64,000 nucleotides of DNA, taken from positions 160,843 through 224,842 of the forward strand of contig CAYMSV010000002.1 in assembly GCA_964393205.1 (NCBI GenBank). The letters are read 5' to 3'. The DNA is from an uncultured Pseudomonadales bacterium. Its GTDB lineage: Bacteria; Patescibacteriota; Microgenomatia; UBA1400; PJMF01. The position numbers and the translations under genes are program-made. Shown here one piece after another: positions 30,099 to 39,234 of this stretch (position 1 is its first letter; every line of letters starts with the position of its first letter). The notes under the pieces are model-generated. The model searched no databases, was not told the origin of the DNA, and saw nothing but the letters and a program-made list of their open reading frames with translations.

Positions 30099-30407
30099 CT
30101 ATTCACGAAAAGCACGTCTAAAACGATAAAATAAATAAATTAATAAAATCTGCCAAAAGAAAAAGAAAAAGAAAAAAGAACGATAAACTAATCTAAATAT
30201 CACTGACCCATCATAAAATAATGTTAACAACCACCAGGCAAACAAAATATAAAAAATACCTGCTAAAAGCGTGGGTAAAAACATTAGTGGAATAAAAACT
30301 TGATCGCGAACTAAATTTTGCATACTTTGATAAGGATGCAAAAATAAACCCAAAGTAATTTGACCTAATGAATAAATTATTGATTTAACAATTCCTATTT
30401 TATCCAT
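30099..30407 (-). CDS. Small membrane protein
   Basis: 2-3 TM segments; overlaps 30400-30609 by 8 nt. Confidence 0.6.
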   Translation of the reverse strand: MDKIGIVKSIIYSLGQITLGLFLHPYQSMQNLVRDQVFIPLMFLPTLLAGIFYILFAWWLLTLFYDGSVIFRLVYRSFFFFFFFWQILLIYLFYRFRRAFRE

Positions 30408-30609
30408 TGTTTCCTTGGTAGAGTAATAATTCCCAAAACAAAGATGTAATAAAAGCTAAAACTAATAAAATCTGCCAAGCGTGAGTGGCGATAAAATTAG
30501 CCACAACACTTAAACGGTCTGGAACAAATTTATCTTTTTCCAAAGAACTGATTAGTTTAGCTTCGTTTTTTAGTTTGATTAAAAACTCTTGACTGTCATT
30601 TTTTTTCAT
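30400..30609 (-). CDS. Small single-TM protein (candidate anti-sigma factor)
   Basis: Directly downstream of ECF sigma; cytoplasmic N-terminus and one TM. Confidence 0.5.
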   Translation of the reverse strand: MKKNDSQEFLIKLKNEAKLISSLEKDKFVPDRLSVVANFIATHAWQILLVLAFITSLFWELLLYQGNNG

Positions 30610-30637
30610 GGATTTTTTAATTCAATCAATCATTTAA

Positions 30638-31201
30638 TTAGTCAACTGCCTGATTAATGTTTGCCCATAGTAAGCGAAATTCTTTTCTAGCTCTAAACAA
30701 TTCTGACTCAATCGCCTTTTCAGTCTTCCCTAATTCTTTAGCTAAATCTTTTATGCGCTTTTTATCCACATATTTTTGCATCAGCAGTTCTCTTGACCGC
30801 TTAGCCATTTTTTTCAAAACCAATTTGACCATAACGGCAGTTTCATGAGCATCTTTAAATTCATGTTCTAAAAAAACTTCAGAAAGAGGAATAGTTTTAA
30901 TAAATTTTTTTGCATAACGTTTACGGTAAAAATCGTTAATTTCGTGACGCATAATGCTCTGCATATATGTCAATAAAGAACTGTTTCCCTTAAAAAGATT
31001 GATTGCTCTTAGACAATTAACAAAAGTTTCTTGGACAATTTCTTCGGCCACTGAAGCATTAGGTAGTTTTTGTAAAGCCAGAGTTAATAGTTTTTTATAA
31101 TAATGCTTAAACCAATACTCAATTGCCAATTCATCACCCCTTCTTATGGCTTCAATTAAAACAAGCTCGTCTTTAAATCCAACAAAACGTTTCATGATCA
31201 A
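30638..31201 (-). CDS. ECF (sigma-70 group 4) RNA polymerase sigma factor
   Basis: AEEIVQETF, F.G.SS..TY...I.R (region 2) and region 4 HTH LA.ELG.TE.AI.S.L.RAR. Confidence 0.9.
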   Translation of the reverse strand: MIMKRFVGFKDELVLIEAIRRGDELAIEYWFKHYYKKLLTLALQKLPNASVAEEIVQETFVNCLRAINLFKGNSSLLTYMQSIMRHEINDFYRKRYAKKFIKTIPLSEVFLEHEFKDAHETAVMVKLVLKKMAKRSRELLMQKYVDKKRIKDLAKELGKTEKAIESELFRARKEFRLLWANINQAVD

Positions 31202-31245
31202 ACTACCCTATCATATCAGAAAATTTTATTTTATAATTAGCTTTG

Positions 31246-31659
31246 ATGAAAAAAATCTTGATATTAACCACACTGATTTTATCAATTTTACTTTCTCAAT
31301 TTTTTATTTTTAAGTTTTCAGCTATTGAATTAAGGGCCAGAGCCAGTACTGGGGATGTTGAAATAGATCTCTCAGAATACATGGTTCTCAGTGACGGACA
31401 AAAAGTTAGTGATGTTTTTAGCACACCAGCAGATATGGTAAATCTCCTGATAAGAGTTGTTTTTGTTCTCGTCGGTTTAATTTTATTTGCGATGATTGTT
31501 TTTTCTGGTCTAGCTATGATTTCAGGAAGTGAATCAGAAAGTAAAGAAAAAGCTAAAACGACTATGACTTCAGCCTTAATCGGGTTTCTGGTTATTTTTG
31601 CTGCTTATTGGATTATGCAAATTATTAGAACCTTTACTGGAGCAGATATTGGCTTTTAA
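31246..31659 (+). CDS. VirB2/TrbC-like (T4SS) pilin 1
   Basis: Signal-like N-terminus, two TM hairpin with EKAK.TMT.ALIG; ATG 8 nt after TATAAT. Confidence 0.75.
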   Translation: MKKILILTTLILSILLSQFFIFKFSAIELRARASTGDVEIDLSEYMVLSDGQKVSDVFSTPADMVNLLIRVVFVLVGLILFAMIVFSGLAMISGSESESKEKAKTTMTSALIGFLVIFAAYWIMQIIRTFTGADIGF

Positions 31660-31688
31660 AAAAGAGCCAGGTATAATGAAAAATTGAA

Positions 31689-32126
31689 ATGAAAAAAATA
31701 ATTTTAAGCCTACTTTCCTTATTTGCCTTATCAACCCTCTTTTTAAACAATTATATTTTTGCTCAAACTCCAGTCGTACAACCAAACTCTGTCTTCGGCA
31801 ATATTGAGGCACCTCCTGGAGTAGCTGAGTTAAATCAACAATCAACCAGCGGCATTGGTCTCATTCTCTTTTTTTCCAACCTTATTAAACTGATCTCAGT
31901 TGTAGCCGGGTTATGGACCATGTTTAATTTTATCTTAGCTGGCTTTACCTATATCACTAGTGCTGACAACTCAGGAGCTATAGAAAAAATTGGCACCAAA
32001 CTCACTCTGAGCGTAGTTGGACTAGCCATTATTGTTGCTTCTTACACTATTGCGGCAATTATCGGCTTAATTATTTTTGGCGATGCTAGTTTTATCATTA
32101 ATCCGCAAATACCAAGTCCGATATAG
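31689..32126 (+). CDS. VirB2/TrbC-like pilin 2
   Basis: Signal ending FAQ; GFTYITSA...EK....L..SVVGL. Confidence 0.7.
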   Translation: MKKIILSLLSLFALSTLFLNNYIFAQTPVVQPNSVFGNIEAPPGVAELNQQSTSGIGLILFFSNLIKLISVVAGLWTMFNFILAGFTYITSADNSGAIEKIGTKLTLSVVGLAIIVASYTIAAIIGLIIFGDASFIINPQIPSPI

Positions 32127-32149
32127 TATATAAATAAAATAATAAAATT

Positions 32150-32539
32150 ATGTCAAAAATTAATAATTTGTTAGCTCAAAGTGTCGATATTGGTTCAATA
32201 AAACCAGTGAATGATGCTCGACAGCCAAGCAATTTAAGCAATACCACCGTTTTATCAACCTTTGAATTGTGGATCAGCGACATTATTGGAGTTATTACCA
32301 TTTTAGGTACATTGTTTTTCATTGTTTATGCTTTCATCGCAGCCTTTAATTGGATTACTGCTGCTGGTGACAAAGGAAAAATTGAAAAAGCTAAAGATCG
32401 CCTAGTTTGGAGCACCCTGGGTCTTATTTTAATTGTTGCTACCTACGCAATTATTGGCCTAATTGGCGGTATTATTGGTTTGGAATTATTAGAACCAGCA
32501 AAAATGATACAAGAAATTATTCCTGGAGCCAGTCCATAA
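32150..32539 (+). CDS. VirB2/TrbC-like pilin 3
   Basis: WITAAGDKGKIEKAK.RL....LGL. Confidence 0.8.
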   Translation: MSKINNLLAQSVDIGSIKPVNDARQPSNLSNTTVLSTFELWISDIIGVITILGTLFFIVYAFIAAFNWITAAGDKGKIEKAKDRLVWSTLGLILIVATYAIIGLIGGIIGLELLEPAKMIQEIIPGASP

Positions 32540-32541
32540 CT

Positions 32542-32967
32542 ATGAAAAAAAGATTAAGCAACTTATATCAAAAATTAGGTTTTTTTTATTTATATTTATT
32601 AAACTTACTTATTCATCCTAAAATAGCCAGGGCACAAATTAATAACCCAGTTATTGGTGATCTTGGACAAAATGACCCCTCAGTGCCCAGTGGCGGTAAA
32701 TTTATTCAATATACTGTTTATTTGTGGAGAGCTTCCATAACTATTGGCTCTTTAGCAGTTATCGCCTATTTTTTACTAGGTGCATTTAGTTGGATTACCT
32801 CTGGAGGAGATAAAACTAAGGTAGAAACAGCGCGTAATCAAATGACTCACGCTATTATTGGTTTATTGCTATTAGTTAGCTCTTTTGTGTTACTTAGCTT
32901 TATGAGTAAATTACTTTTCGGGGGAGAATTTGATTTATTAAAACTTACCATACCCGGTGTAAATTAA
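32542..32967 (+). CDS. VirB2/TrbC-like pilin 4
   Basis: WITSGGDKTKVETARNQMTHAIIGL; start moved to ATG 32542. Confidence 0.8.
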   Translation: MKKRLSNLYQKLGFFYLYLLNLLIHPKIARAQINNPVIGDLGQNDPSVPSGGKFIQYTVYLWRASITIGSLAVIAYFLLGAFSWITSGGDKTKVETARNQMTHAIIGLLLLVSSFVLLSFMSKLLFGGEFDLLKLTIPGVN

Positions 32968-32991
32968 AATTAACAAATTAAAAAAATAAAT

Positions 32992-33333
32992 ATGAATAGA
33001 CAAATCGCACAAGTTACTTTAGACATAGCAGATGAAGCTATTAAGCAAGGCCTCTATGGCGCTGAGCAATCTCAAACACCTGATGGTGGATTTGGTGTTT
33101 GGCTTAGCAATATTTTAAGAGTAGCTATGATTCTCGGAGTTGTTGCTTGTTTGGGTTTGATTGTTTGGGGAGCTATCGAATGGATTACATCCTCTGGCGA
33201 TAAACAAAAAACTGAAGAGGCACGTAATAAAATTACTACAGCCATTATTGGTTTAATAGTTTTAGCAGCCACCATGGCTATTTTTAGTCTGGTAGCTAGT
33301 TTCTTGGGCATTACTGTTATTAAATTCGTCTAG
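32992..33333 (+). CDS. VirB2/TrbC-like pilin 5
   Basis: WITSSGDKQKTEEARNKITTAIIGL. Confidence 0.8.
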   Translation: MNRQIAQVTLDIADEAIKQGLYGAEQSQTPDGGFGVWLSNILRVAMILGVVACLGLIVWGAIEWITSSGDKQKTEEARNKITTAIIGLIVLAATMAIFSLVASFLGITVIKFV

Positions 33334-33339
33334 ATTTTT

Positions 33340-33398
33340 TTGCTAAAGACTAATAAACTTGATATAATAAAAATTAGATAGAAAAATTTAAAAGGAGA
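33340..33398 (+). promoter_or_regulatory. Sigma70 promoter and Shine-Dalgarno of pilin 6
   Basis: TTGCTA (33340-45), 17 bp spacer, TGa-TATAAT (33363-68); AAGGAGA before ATG 33404. Confidence 0.7.
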
Positions 33399-33403
33399 CT
33401 TTT

Positions 33404-33808
33404 ATGAAATTAACTAAAAAAATTGCTCTGGCTAGCGGCAGCGCTTTCAGCGGGATTCTTCTTCAAGCCAAAATGGTGATGGCAGCTTTCGATGACATTG
33501 AGGTTAATCCAGGCACGGGCTATGCTACAGATTTTGGCAAAATGTTTAGTTCTATTTTAAACGTAGTAATGCTAATTGCTGCTGTTTTAGTTTTTGCTTA
33601 TCTTATCTTTGGAGGCATCCAGTGGATTACCTCTGGAGGAGATAAAGGAAAAGCTGAAGAAGCACGCAATAAAATTACAGCCGCCATTATTGGATTAATT
33701 ATTGTAGCGGCTTCCTATGCAGTAATTAACTTAATTGTGAACTTCTTGGGCTTTGGTAGCTTTAATGAAGTTTTTCAAAATGTAGGTACCATTAATAAAC
33801 CTAATTAA
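33404..33808 (+). CDS. VirB2/TrbC-like pilin 6 (candidate major pilin)
   Basis: WITSGGDKGKAEEARNKITAAIIGL. Confidence 0.85.
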   Translation: MKLTKKIALASGSAFSGILLQAKMVMAAFDDIEVNPGTGYATDFGKMFSSILNVVMLIAAVLVFAYLIFGGIQWITSGGDKGKAEEARNKITAAIIGLIIVAASYAVINLIVNFLGFGSFNEVFQNVGTINKPN

Positions 33809-33819
33809 TTTTAGATACT

Positions 33820-33858
33820 AAAAACTCTCTTTTCATTTGCTTGGAAAGAGAGTTTTTT
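33820..33858 (+). terminator. Intrinsic terminator after pilin 6
   Basis: aaaaactctcttttca ... tggaaagagagtttttt hairpin ending in a T-run. Confidence 0.7.
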
Positions 33859-33879
33859 ATTGCTATAATCAGAATTATT

Positions 33880-34266
33880 ATGATTCAAATCTTTTCGTTT
33901 TTTTCCATTGTTAAACCTGTTCAAGCACAGACTAAAAGCTGGGATCAAATAAATGACAATTGTGTTATAGAAGGAGTAGCAAGTATTCAGGGTATTGGTT
34001 GCTTGCTAGCCAACATTCTTTCTGTGGTTTTAACTTTAATTGGTATAGCGGGATTTGTGATGATTATTTATGCGGCTTTTAATTTATTATTATCAGCTGG
34101 AAAAAGCCAAGAGGTAGAAAAATCTAAAAACACTATTACTTTTGCTATTATTGGTTTAATTTTAGCTCTATCTGCTTTCATAATTATTAATCTCATTTCT
34201 AGCTTTACAGGCATTGATTTTATTAAGTCTTTTGTTATTCCAGGATCACAAAAAGACTGGTTCTAA
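33880..34266 (+). CDS. VirB2/TrbC-like pilin 7
   Basis: SAG...VEKSKNTITFAIIGL; Cys pair C..GVA..QG..C; ATG 10 nt after TGcTATAAT. Confidence 0.8.
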   Translation: MIQIFSFFSIVKPVQAQTKSWDQINDNCVIEGVASIQGIGCLLANILSVVLTLIGIAGFVMIIYAAFNLLLSAGKSQEVEKSKNTITFAIIGLILALSAFIIINLISSFTGIDFIKSFVIPGSQKDWF

Positions 34267-34298
34267 AATCATTTTCAAAATAATTAAGAAATCAGCAA

Positions 34299-35015
34299 TC
34301 ATTGTCCAAAACGTCGTTGCCGACTATCAAATTCAGATAGCGCTTTCGCAAACTCTTTCTCATTGAAGTCTGGCATTAGTGTCGAACAAAAATATAATTC
34401 ACTATATACCCCCTGCCAAGGCAAATAACCGGACAAACGCTGTTCCCCACCAGGTCTAATAATTAAATCTGGATCAGGCAAATCAAGCTCAAACTTGGTA
34501 TCAAGATATTTCTCTAAAAGCTCTGGAACAATCTCTTTTTCTGTTAAGTTTTTTTCTTGAACAATCAAACGTTTAACAGCCCTTATTATTTCATCTCGAC
34601 CACCATAGTTAAGGGCAAAGGTAACAACAAGCTTCTTATTGTTAAGAGTCTCTTTCTTCCAATGCTCAACTCCCTCTCTAATATCTTGGGGAAAGCGACC
34701 CAAATCACCAATGGTGTGCACTCTCACCCCTTTTTTATGTAAACGCTCAGCAGCCGTACTAAAGGTTTCACGAAATAAACCCATTATTCCTTCTAATTCT
34801 TTGCTGTCACGCTGCCAATTTTCAGTACTAAAAGCCCAAAGAGTTAAAAACTCAATACCAACACTAATCGCATAATCGGCTAGTTTTTCTATTGTTTCCT
34901 CGGCAGTTTTGCGGTGACCTTTAATAATTGATAAACCTTGTTTTCTTGCCCATCGTCGATTGCCATCCATAATGATAGCAACGTGTTGAGGAATTTTGTC
35001 TGTTTTCATACTCAT
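34299..35015 (-). CDS. uppS: Undecaprenyl diphosphate synthase (cis-prenyltransferase)
   Basis: P.HVAIIMDGNRRWA, AFSTENW.R, NYGGR.EI, PDLIIR.GGEQRLS, RRFG. Confidence 0.96.
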   Translation of the reverse strand: MSMKTDKIPQHVAIIMDGNRRWARKQGLSIIKGHRKTAEETIEKLADYAISVGIEFLTLWAFSTENWQRDSKELEGIMGLFRETFSTAAERLHKKGVRVHTIGDLGRFPQDIREGVEHWKKETLNNKKLVVTFALNYGGRDEIIRAVKRLIVQEKNLTEKEIVPELLEKYLDTKFELDLPDPDLIIRPGGEQRLSGYLPWQGVYSELYFCSTLMPDFNEKEFAKALSEFDSRQRRFGQ

Positions 35016-35028
35016 ATTTCTATATTAA

Positions 35029-35640
35029 TTATATTGTTACATTTTCTAAAAAGCGATTAATAGTTTTTTCTAATTGCTCATTGTCTAAAAAGAGTTTAAA
35101 CCATGGAGTTAATTCTCCATCTTCTAATCTTTTTTGATCAATTAACTTATACCAGTCAATCCAGAGTAAATCAGCAACTTCTTGAGGATTTTTGTCTAGC
35201 TCTAAACTTTTTGCTTCCTGATCGTTTAAAAATAGGGCAAAAACGTGGTCAATTTCTTTTTCACTATAGCGCTGATTACAAAGCACTTGATAATTTAAAA
35301 TAAAAATCTCTTTCACGCTTTGGCAAAGATTCTTAGATAGGCTTATTCCTAATTCTTCTTTCAATCGCCTCAAGACACATTCCCTATGACTTTCCCCCAT
35401 CGCTACATTGCCACAAACTGTATTAGCCCACTGACTAGCTCCTACAATTTTTTTATCACTACGTTTTTGTATTAATAATTGAAAACGGCCAACTTTACTT
35501 TTTCTAAACAAAAATAAAGAAATTGCTTGATGGAGCATGGCTTCTCCCGAATGAGCCTCAAATTTATCAGCACTAGCGATAATCTCATCTTGATCATTAA
35601 CTAAATTTACCCGGCTATAATCCACTAAGGTTTTATTCAT
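35029..35640 (-). CDS. idi: Isopentenyl-diphosphate delta-isomerase type 1
   Basis: K..AH....LH.A.S.FLF, LLIQ.RS..K, WAN.VCG, RRL.EELG, E.EIDHV, TPWF; start moved to ATG 35640. Confidence 0.88.
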   Translation of the reverse strand: MNKTLVDYSRVNLVNDQDEIIASADKFEAHSGEAMLHQAISLFLFRKSKVGRFQLLIQKRSDKKIVGASQWANTVCGNVAMGESHRECVLRRLKEELGISLSKNLCQSVKEIFILNYQVLCNQRYSEKEIDHVFALFLNDQEAKSLELDKNPQEVADLLWIDWYKLIDQKRLEDGELTPWFKLFLDNEQLEKTINRFLENVTI

Positions 35641-35716
35641 CTCCGTTATTTTAACAGACAAAGAATTGAAGTTATAAACTAGAGTCAAGCCTGCTTCGGT
35701 GCTATAATTAACGGTC

Positions 35717-38044
35717 ATGGATAAACATTATCAACCACAAGATTACGAAGAAAAAATCTATCAACTTTGGGAAAAAGCTGATGCTTTCAATCCTGATAGT
35801 GAGATAAATCAACGGTTAAAAAATGAAGATTTATCAAGTTTTTCCATTATTATGCCTCCTCCAAATGCCAACGATCCACTACATTTGGGTCACGGCTGTG
35901 TTGTAACTCTAGAAGACATCATGGTTCGCTTCGCTCGAATGAGGGGTCATGACACTCTTTGGCTCCCTGGCACCGATCACGCTGGTATTGAAACACAATT
36001 TGTTTTTGAAAAGAAACTCAAAAAAGAAAAAAAGAGTCGTTTTAATTTTGATCGCCAAACTCTTTATCAAATGATCTGGGATTATGTTGAAAAAAATAGT
36101 CAAATAGCTGTTCAGCAAATTAAACAATTAGGCGCCAGCGCTGACTGGAGTCGCTTTAAGTTTACTCTAGATCCAGATATTGTTGAAGACGTCATCAAAA
36201 CTTTTGAGCAAATGGCAAAAGATGACTTAATCTATCGAGCCAACCGATTAGTAAATTACTGTCCTAAATGTGGCACTGGTTTTAGTAATTTAGAAGTTAA
36301 TCATGTTGAAGAAAAAAACCCCCTTTATTATTTAAAATATGGGCCAATTAATATTGCCACAACTAGACCAGAAACCATCTTTGCCGATGTGGCAATTGCT
36401 GTCCACCCTAAAGATAAACGTTATCGTGCTTATCATGGAAAAACTATCGAGTTTCAAGGATTATTAGGCTTGGTCAAACTTAAAGTAATTGCTGATGATT
36501 TTGTTGATCCGGAATTTGGCACCGGTGCAGTTAAAATTACCCCCTTCCATGATTTTAATGATTTTGCTTTTTGGCAAAAACATCAAGATCAATTACAAGA
36601 AGCTATTAATAATAATGAGCTTGGCTACATTGATTTAAAAGAACAATTAATAAAGGAAAAAAATCTAAGCAATGAAGAAGAAAAATTACCTGCTATAGCA
36701 GTTAATTTTGATGGTCGACTCACTAAATTTACCGGCAAATATGCTGGACTCAAAACGCATATAGCTCGAGAAAATATTGTTAAAGATTTAGAACAAAATC
36801 AATTATTAGAAAAAATTGACGAACAATATCAACATAGTTTAGCCAAATGCTATCGCTGTAATAAACCCATAGAACCCCTTCCTCTCCCCCAATTTTATGT
36901 TCGAGTTAAATCATTAACAGAAGCTGTTTTACAGAAAATTAAGAAAAAAGAACTGACAATATATGGCGCTGGTTATGACAAAATTCTTAAACATTGGTTA
37001 GAAAACTTAGAAGATTGGAATATTAGTCGACAGATTGTTTGGGGTATTCGTATGCCAGTCTGGTATGAAGTTGACAATAATCCAAATTTACGAATTACTT
37101 TTTTAGATAAAGATGGACAAAGAATTACTGATCTCATCAAAAACTTACTTAAAAAATATTCTTTTGAGGAGATAGAAAAAGGTTTACAAAACCTCGCTGC
37201 CCCCATTGACGCTCAATATTTACTTGGCACCACTAAACCAGATGATACTAAGCAATATTTACAAGAAACCGACACTTTTGACACTTGGTTTTCTTCAAGC
37301 CAGTGGCCAGTAGTTGCTCTAAAAAATAATAAACCTGGAGACTTTGAGCGTTTTTATCCGACTAGCATTATGGAAACCGCCTATGACATTTTAATGTTTT
37401 GGGTAATGCGCATGCTAATGATGGGTTTGTATAGCACTCAACAATTACCATTTAAAAAAATTTATTTGCACGGCCTTATTAGAGATGGCAAAGGCCAGAA
37501 AATGAGTAAGAGTAAGGGCAATGTTGTTAATCCACTAGAAATTGGCGAAAAATACGGTATAGATGCGCTTAGAATGGCTATTGTTATTCGCTCTAGTGCT
37601 GGATTAGACAAAAGTATTAGCGATGCTGATTTTAAAGCAATGCGCAATCTTAATAATAAGCTTTGGAATGCGACTCGTTTTATTTTGTTGCAAAGAGAAT
37701 CGCCCACTTATTCAGACAATAATAAGCAAGGACAGCTAGACAAAAAATTTGATAAAAAACTCAAACAGCTTGAGTCTGTAATCACTCGTAATCTAGAACA
37801 GCAACAACTGGGTTTAGCCGCTGAAACTTTGCATAATGAATTTTGGCATTGGTTTTGTGACGAGTGTATAGAAGAGTCAAAAAATGGATTGATAAGTCAA
37901 GAAAAAATCTTAAACGGTCTAATAATTTTTTTGAAGATGTTTCACCCATTTATCCCTTTTGTAACTGAAGCCATTTGGCAAATTTTATATCAAGAAAAAT
38001 TAGTAAAAGAAAAAATACTAATGAGTAGTCCTTGGCCAATTTAA
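35717..38044 (+). CDS. valS: Valine--tRNA ligase
   Basis: PPPNA...LHLGH, PGTDHAGIETQ, DWNISRQ..WG, DTWFSS, KMSKS. Confidence 0.97.
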   Translation: MDKHYQPQDYEEKIYQLWEKADAFNPDSEINQRLKNEDLSSFSIIMPPPNANDPLHLGHGCVVTLEDIMVRFARMRGHDTLWLPGTDHAGIETQFVFEKKLKKEKKSRFNFDRQTLYQMIWDYVEKNSQIAVQQIKQLGASADWSRFKFTLDPDIVEDVIKTFEQMAKDDLIYRANRLVNYCPKCGTGFSNLEVNHVEEKNPLYYLKYGPINIATTRPETIFADVAIAVHPKDKRYRAYHGKTIEFQGLLGLVKLKVIADDFVDPEFGTGAVKITPFHDFNDFAFWQKHQDQLQEAINNNELGYIDLKEQLIKEKNLSNEEEKLPAIAVNFDGRLTKFTGKYAGLKTHIARENIVKDLEQNQLLEKIDEQYQHSLAKCYRCNKPIEPLPLPQFYVRVKSLTEAVLQKIKKKELTIYGAGYDKILKHWLENLEDWNISRQIVWGIRMPVWYEVDNNPNLRITFLDKDGQRITDLIKNLLKKYSFEEIEKGLQNLAAPIDAQYLLGTTKPDDTKQYLQETDTFDTWFSSSQWPVVALKNNKPGDFERFYPTSIMETAYDILMFWVMRMLMMGLYSTQQLPFKKIYLHGLIRDGKGQKMSKSKGNVVNPLEIGEKYGIDALRMAIVIRSSAGLDKSISDADFKAMRNLNNKLWNATRFILLQRESPTYSDNNKQGQLDKKFDKKLKQLESVITRNLEQQQLGLAAETLHNEFWHWFCDECIEESKNGLISQEKILNGLIIFLKMFHPFIPFVTEAIWQILYQEKLVKEKILMSSPWPI

Positions 38045-38463
38045 TGTTAAAAAAAATCAGCAACTATTTATTGCTTCTTATCTTAATTATAAGACTTCTT
38101 TACAAACTCTGTATTTTCAGCATTCAATATTTATTTCTTAAACTTAAATTAAAAGGAGAAATAACTCCTGTTTTATTATTTCTTTTATTATTAATTTGGC
38201 TAATTAATTGGCAGCTATGGCAAAAAAACAAGATCCCTCAGATTGAATTAAAAGAGGCACCAAGTCAAAACCCTGGAGAAATTTTGCTTACTCTTGATCA
38301 GGTAGAAATTGAAACGCTAAAAAATTTTTATTTAAAACTGGAAACAAAACAAAAACACAGTCGAGACATATTTTTTAACCTTGCTAAGTTATTAGAACTT
38401 GAAGATTTAAAAATAGCTCAAGAAAAATTTCAACAATCTTGGGAACTAGACCCCAATTATTAA
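38044..38463 (+). CDS. Hypothetical membrane protein with TPR-like C-terminus
   Basis: Two hydrophobic segments; ends ELDPNY; ATG overlaps the valS stop. Confidence 0.55.
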   Translation: MLKKISNYLLLLILIIRLLYKLCIFSIQYLFLKLKLKGEITPVLLFLLLLIWLINWQLWQKNKIPQIELKEAPSQNPGEILLTLDQVEIETLKNFYLKLETKQKHSRDIFFNLAKLLELEDLKIAQEKFQQSWELDPNY

Positions 38464-38511
38464 ACAGCTTGTCTTAAAAATTAAAATATTGCTGTAATAA
38501 ACCCTATTGTT

Positions 38512-39234
38512 TTATTTAGAATCAGTTGGTTTTTCTTCAACTGTAGCCTGATCTTCACTGACTGTTTTTTCAGACTGAGACTCTTCACCACCCTCAGTTT
38601 TTTCAGCTTTTTCATCTTCGCCAACTAGTTCTGGCTCAACTAACTCATCAGGTGTCTCTACAACCTCCTCTTCTTCTTGAGCTTGAACAGAAATCAACAC
38701 TCTTTCGCTTGGATTTTCGTCTTCGGTCAAAACCAATTCAACCTTATCTTTGTCATAATCTAAATCAGCTAAAGTAAAAGCATCACCAATAGCTTTTAAG
38801 TTGCTAACATCAAAAACAAACTTTTCTGGAAGATTGGCTGGTAAAGCCTCAACCTCAACTTCGTCTTGAACAGTGATTAAAACTGCTTCTGCGACATCAA
38901 ACTCCCCTATCACTTCAACTGGCACATTAGCAGTAATTTTTTCCTTTAAGTTTACTCCTCTAAAAACCACATGCTCAAAATTAGCACCTAAATAATCCAT
39001 ATCGACCTGATCAATTAAGGCTGGTACGGCTTGAGATTCTCCTCCAATGTTTAAATAAATTAAGCCAGTTTCTCCTGCTTCACTATAAAGTTTAGCAAAA
39101 TCTATGGGATCAAGCTCTAGAGCTATTGAGTCTTTTTTTGGGATATAAACATTGGCTGGTAATCTACCCTCTCGGCGCAGTTGTTTAGCTTTTTTATTTG
39201 AACGCTTGTCTACTTTAAAAGTAATTTTTGTCAT
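38512..39234 (-). CDS. rplY: 50S ribosomal protein L25 (CTC form, acidic tail)
   Basis: LRREG.LPANVY, HV.F, VPV...GE, VEALP.NLPE. Confidence 0.93.
   Translation of the reverse strand: MTKITFKVDKRSNKKAKQLRREGRLPANVYIPKKDSIALELDPIDFAKLYSEAGETGLIYLNIGGESQAVPALIDQVDMDYLGANFEHVVFRGVNLKEKITANVPVEVIGEFDVAEAVLITVQDEVEVEALPANLPEKFVFDVSNLKAIGDAFTLADLDYDKDKVELVLTEDENPSERVLISVQAQEEEEVVETPDELVEPELVGEDEKAEKTEGGEESQSEKTVSEDQATVEEKPTDSK

Noticed and set aside
32407-32541. Long N-terminal extension of pilin 4
   Set aside because: Overlaps pilin 3 in another frame; ATG 32542 gives a normal leader
35641-35718. N-terminal extension of idi overlapping the valS start
   Set aside because: The region holds the two divergent -10 elements; ATG 35640 fits the leaderless spacing
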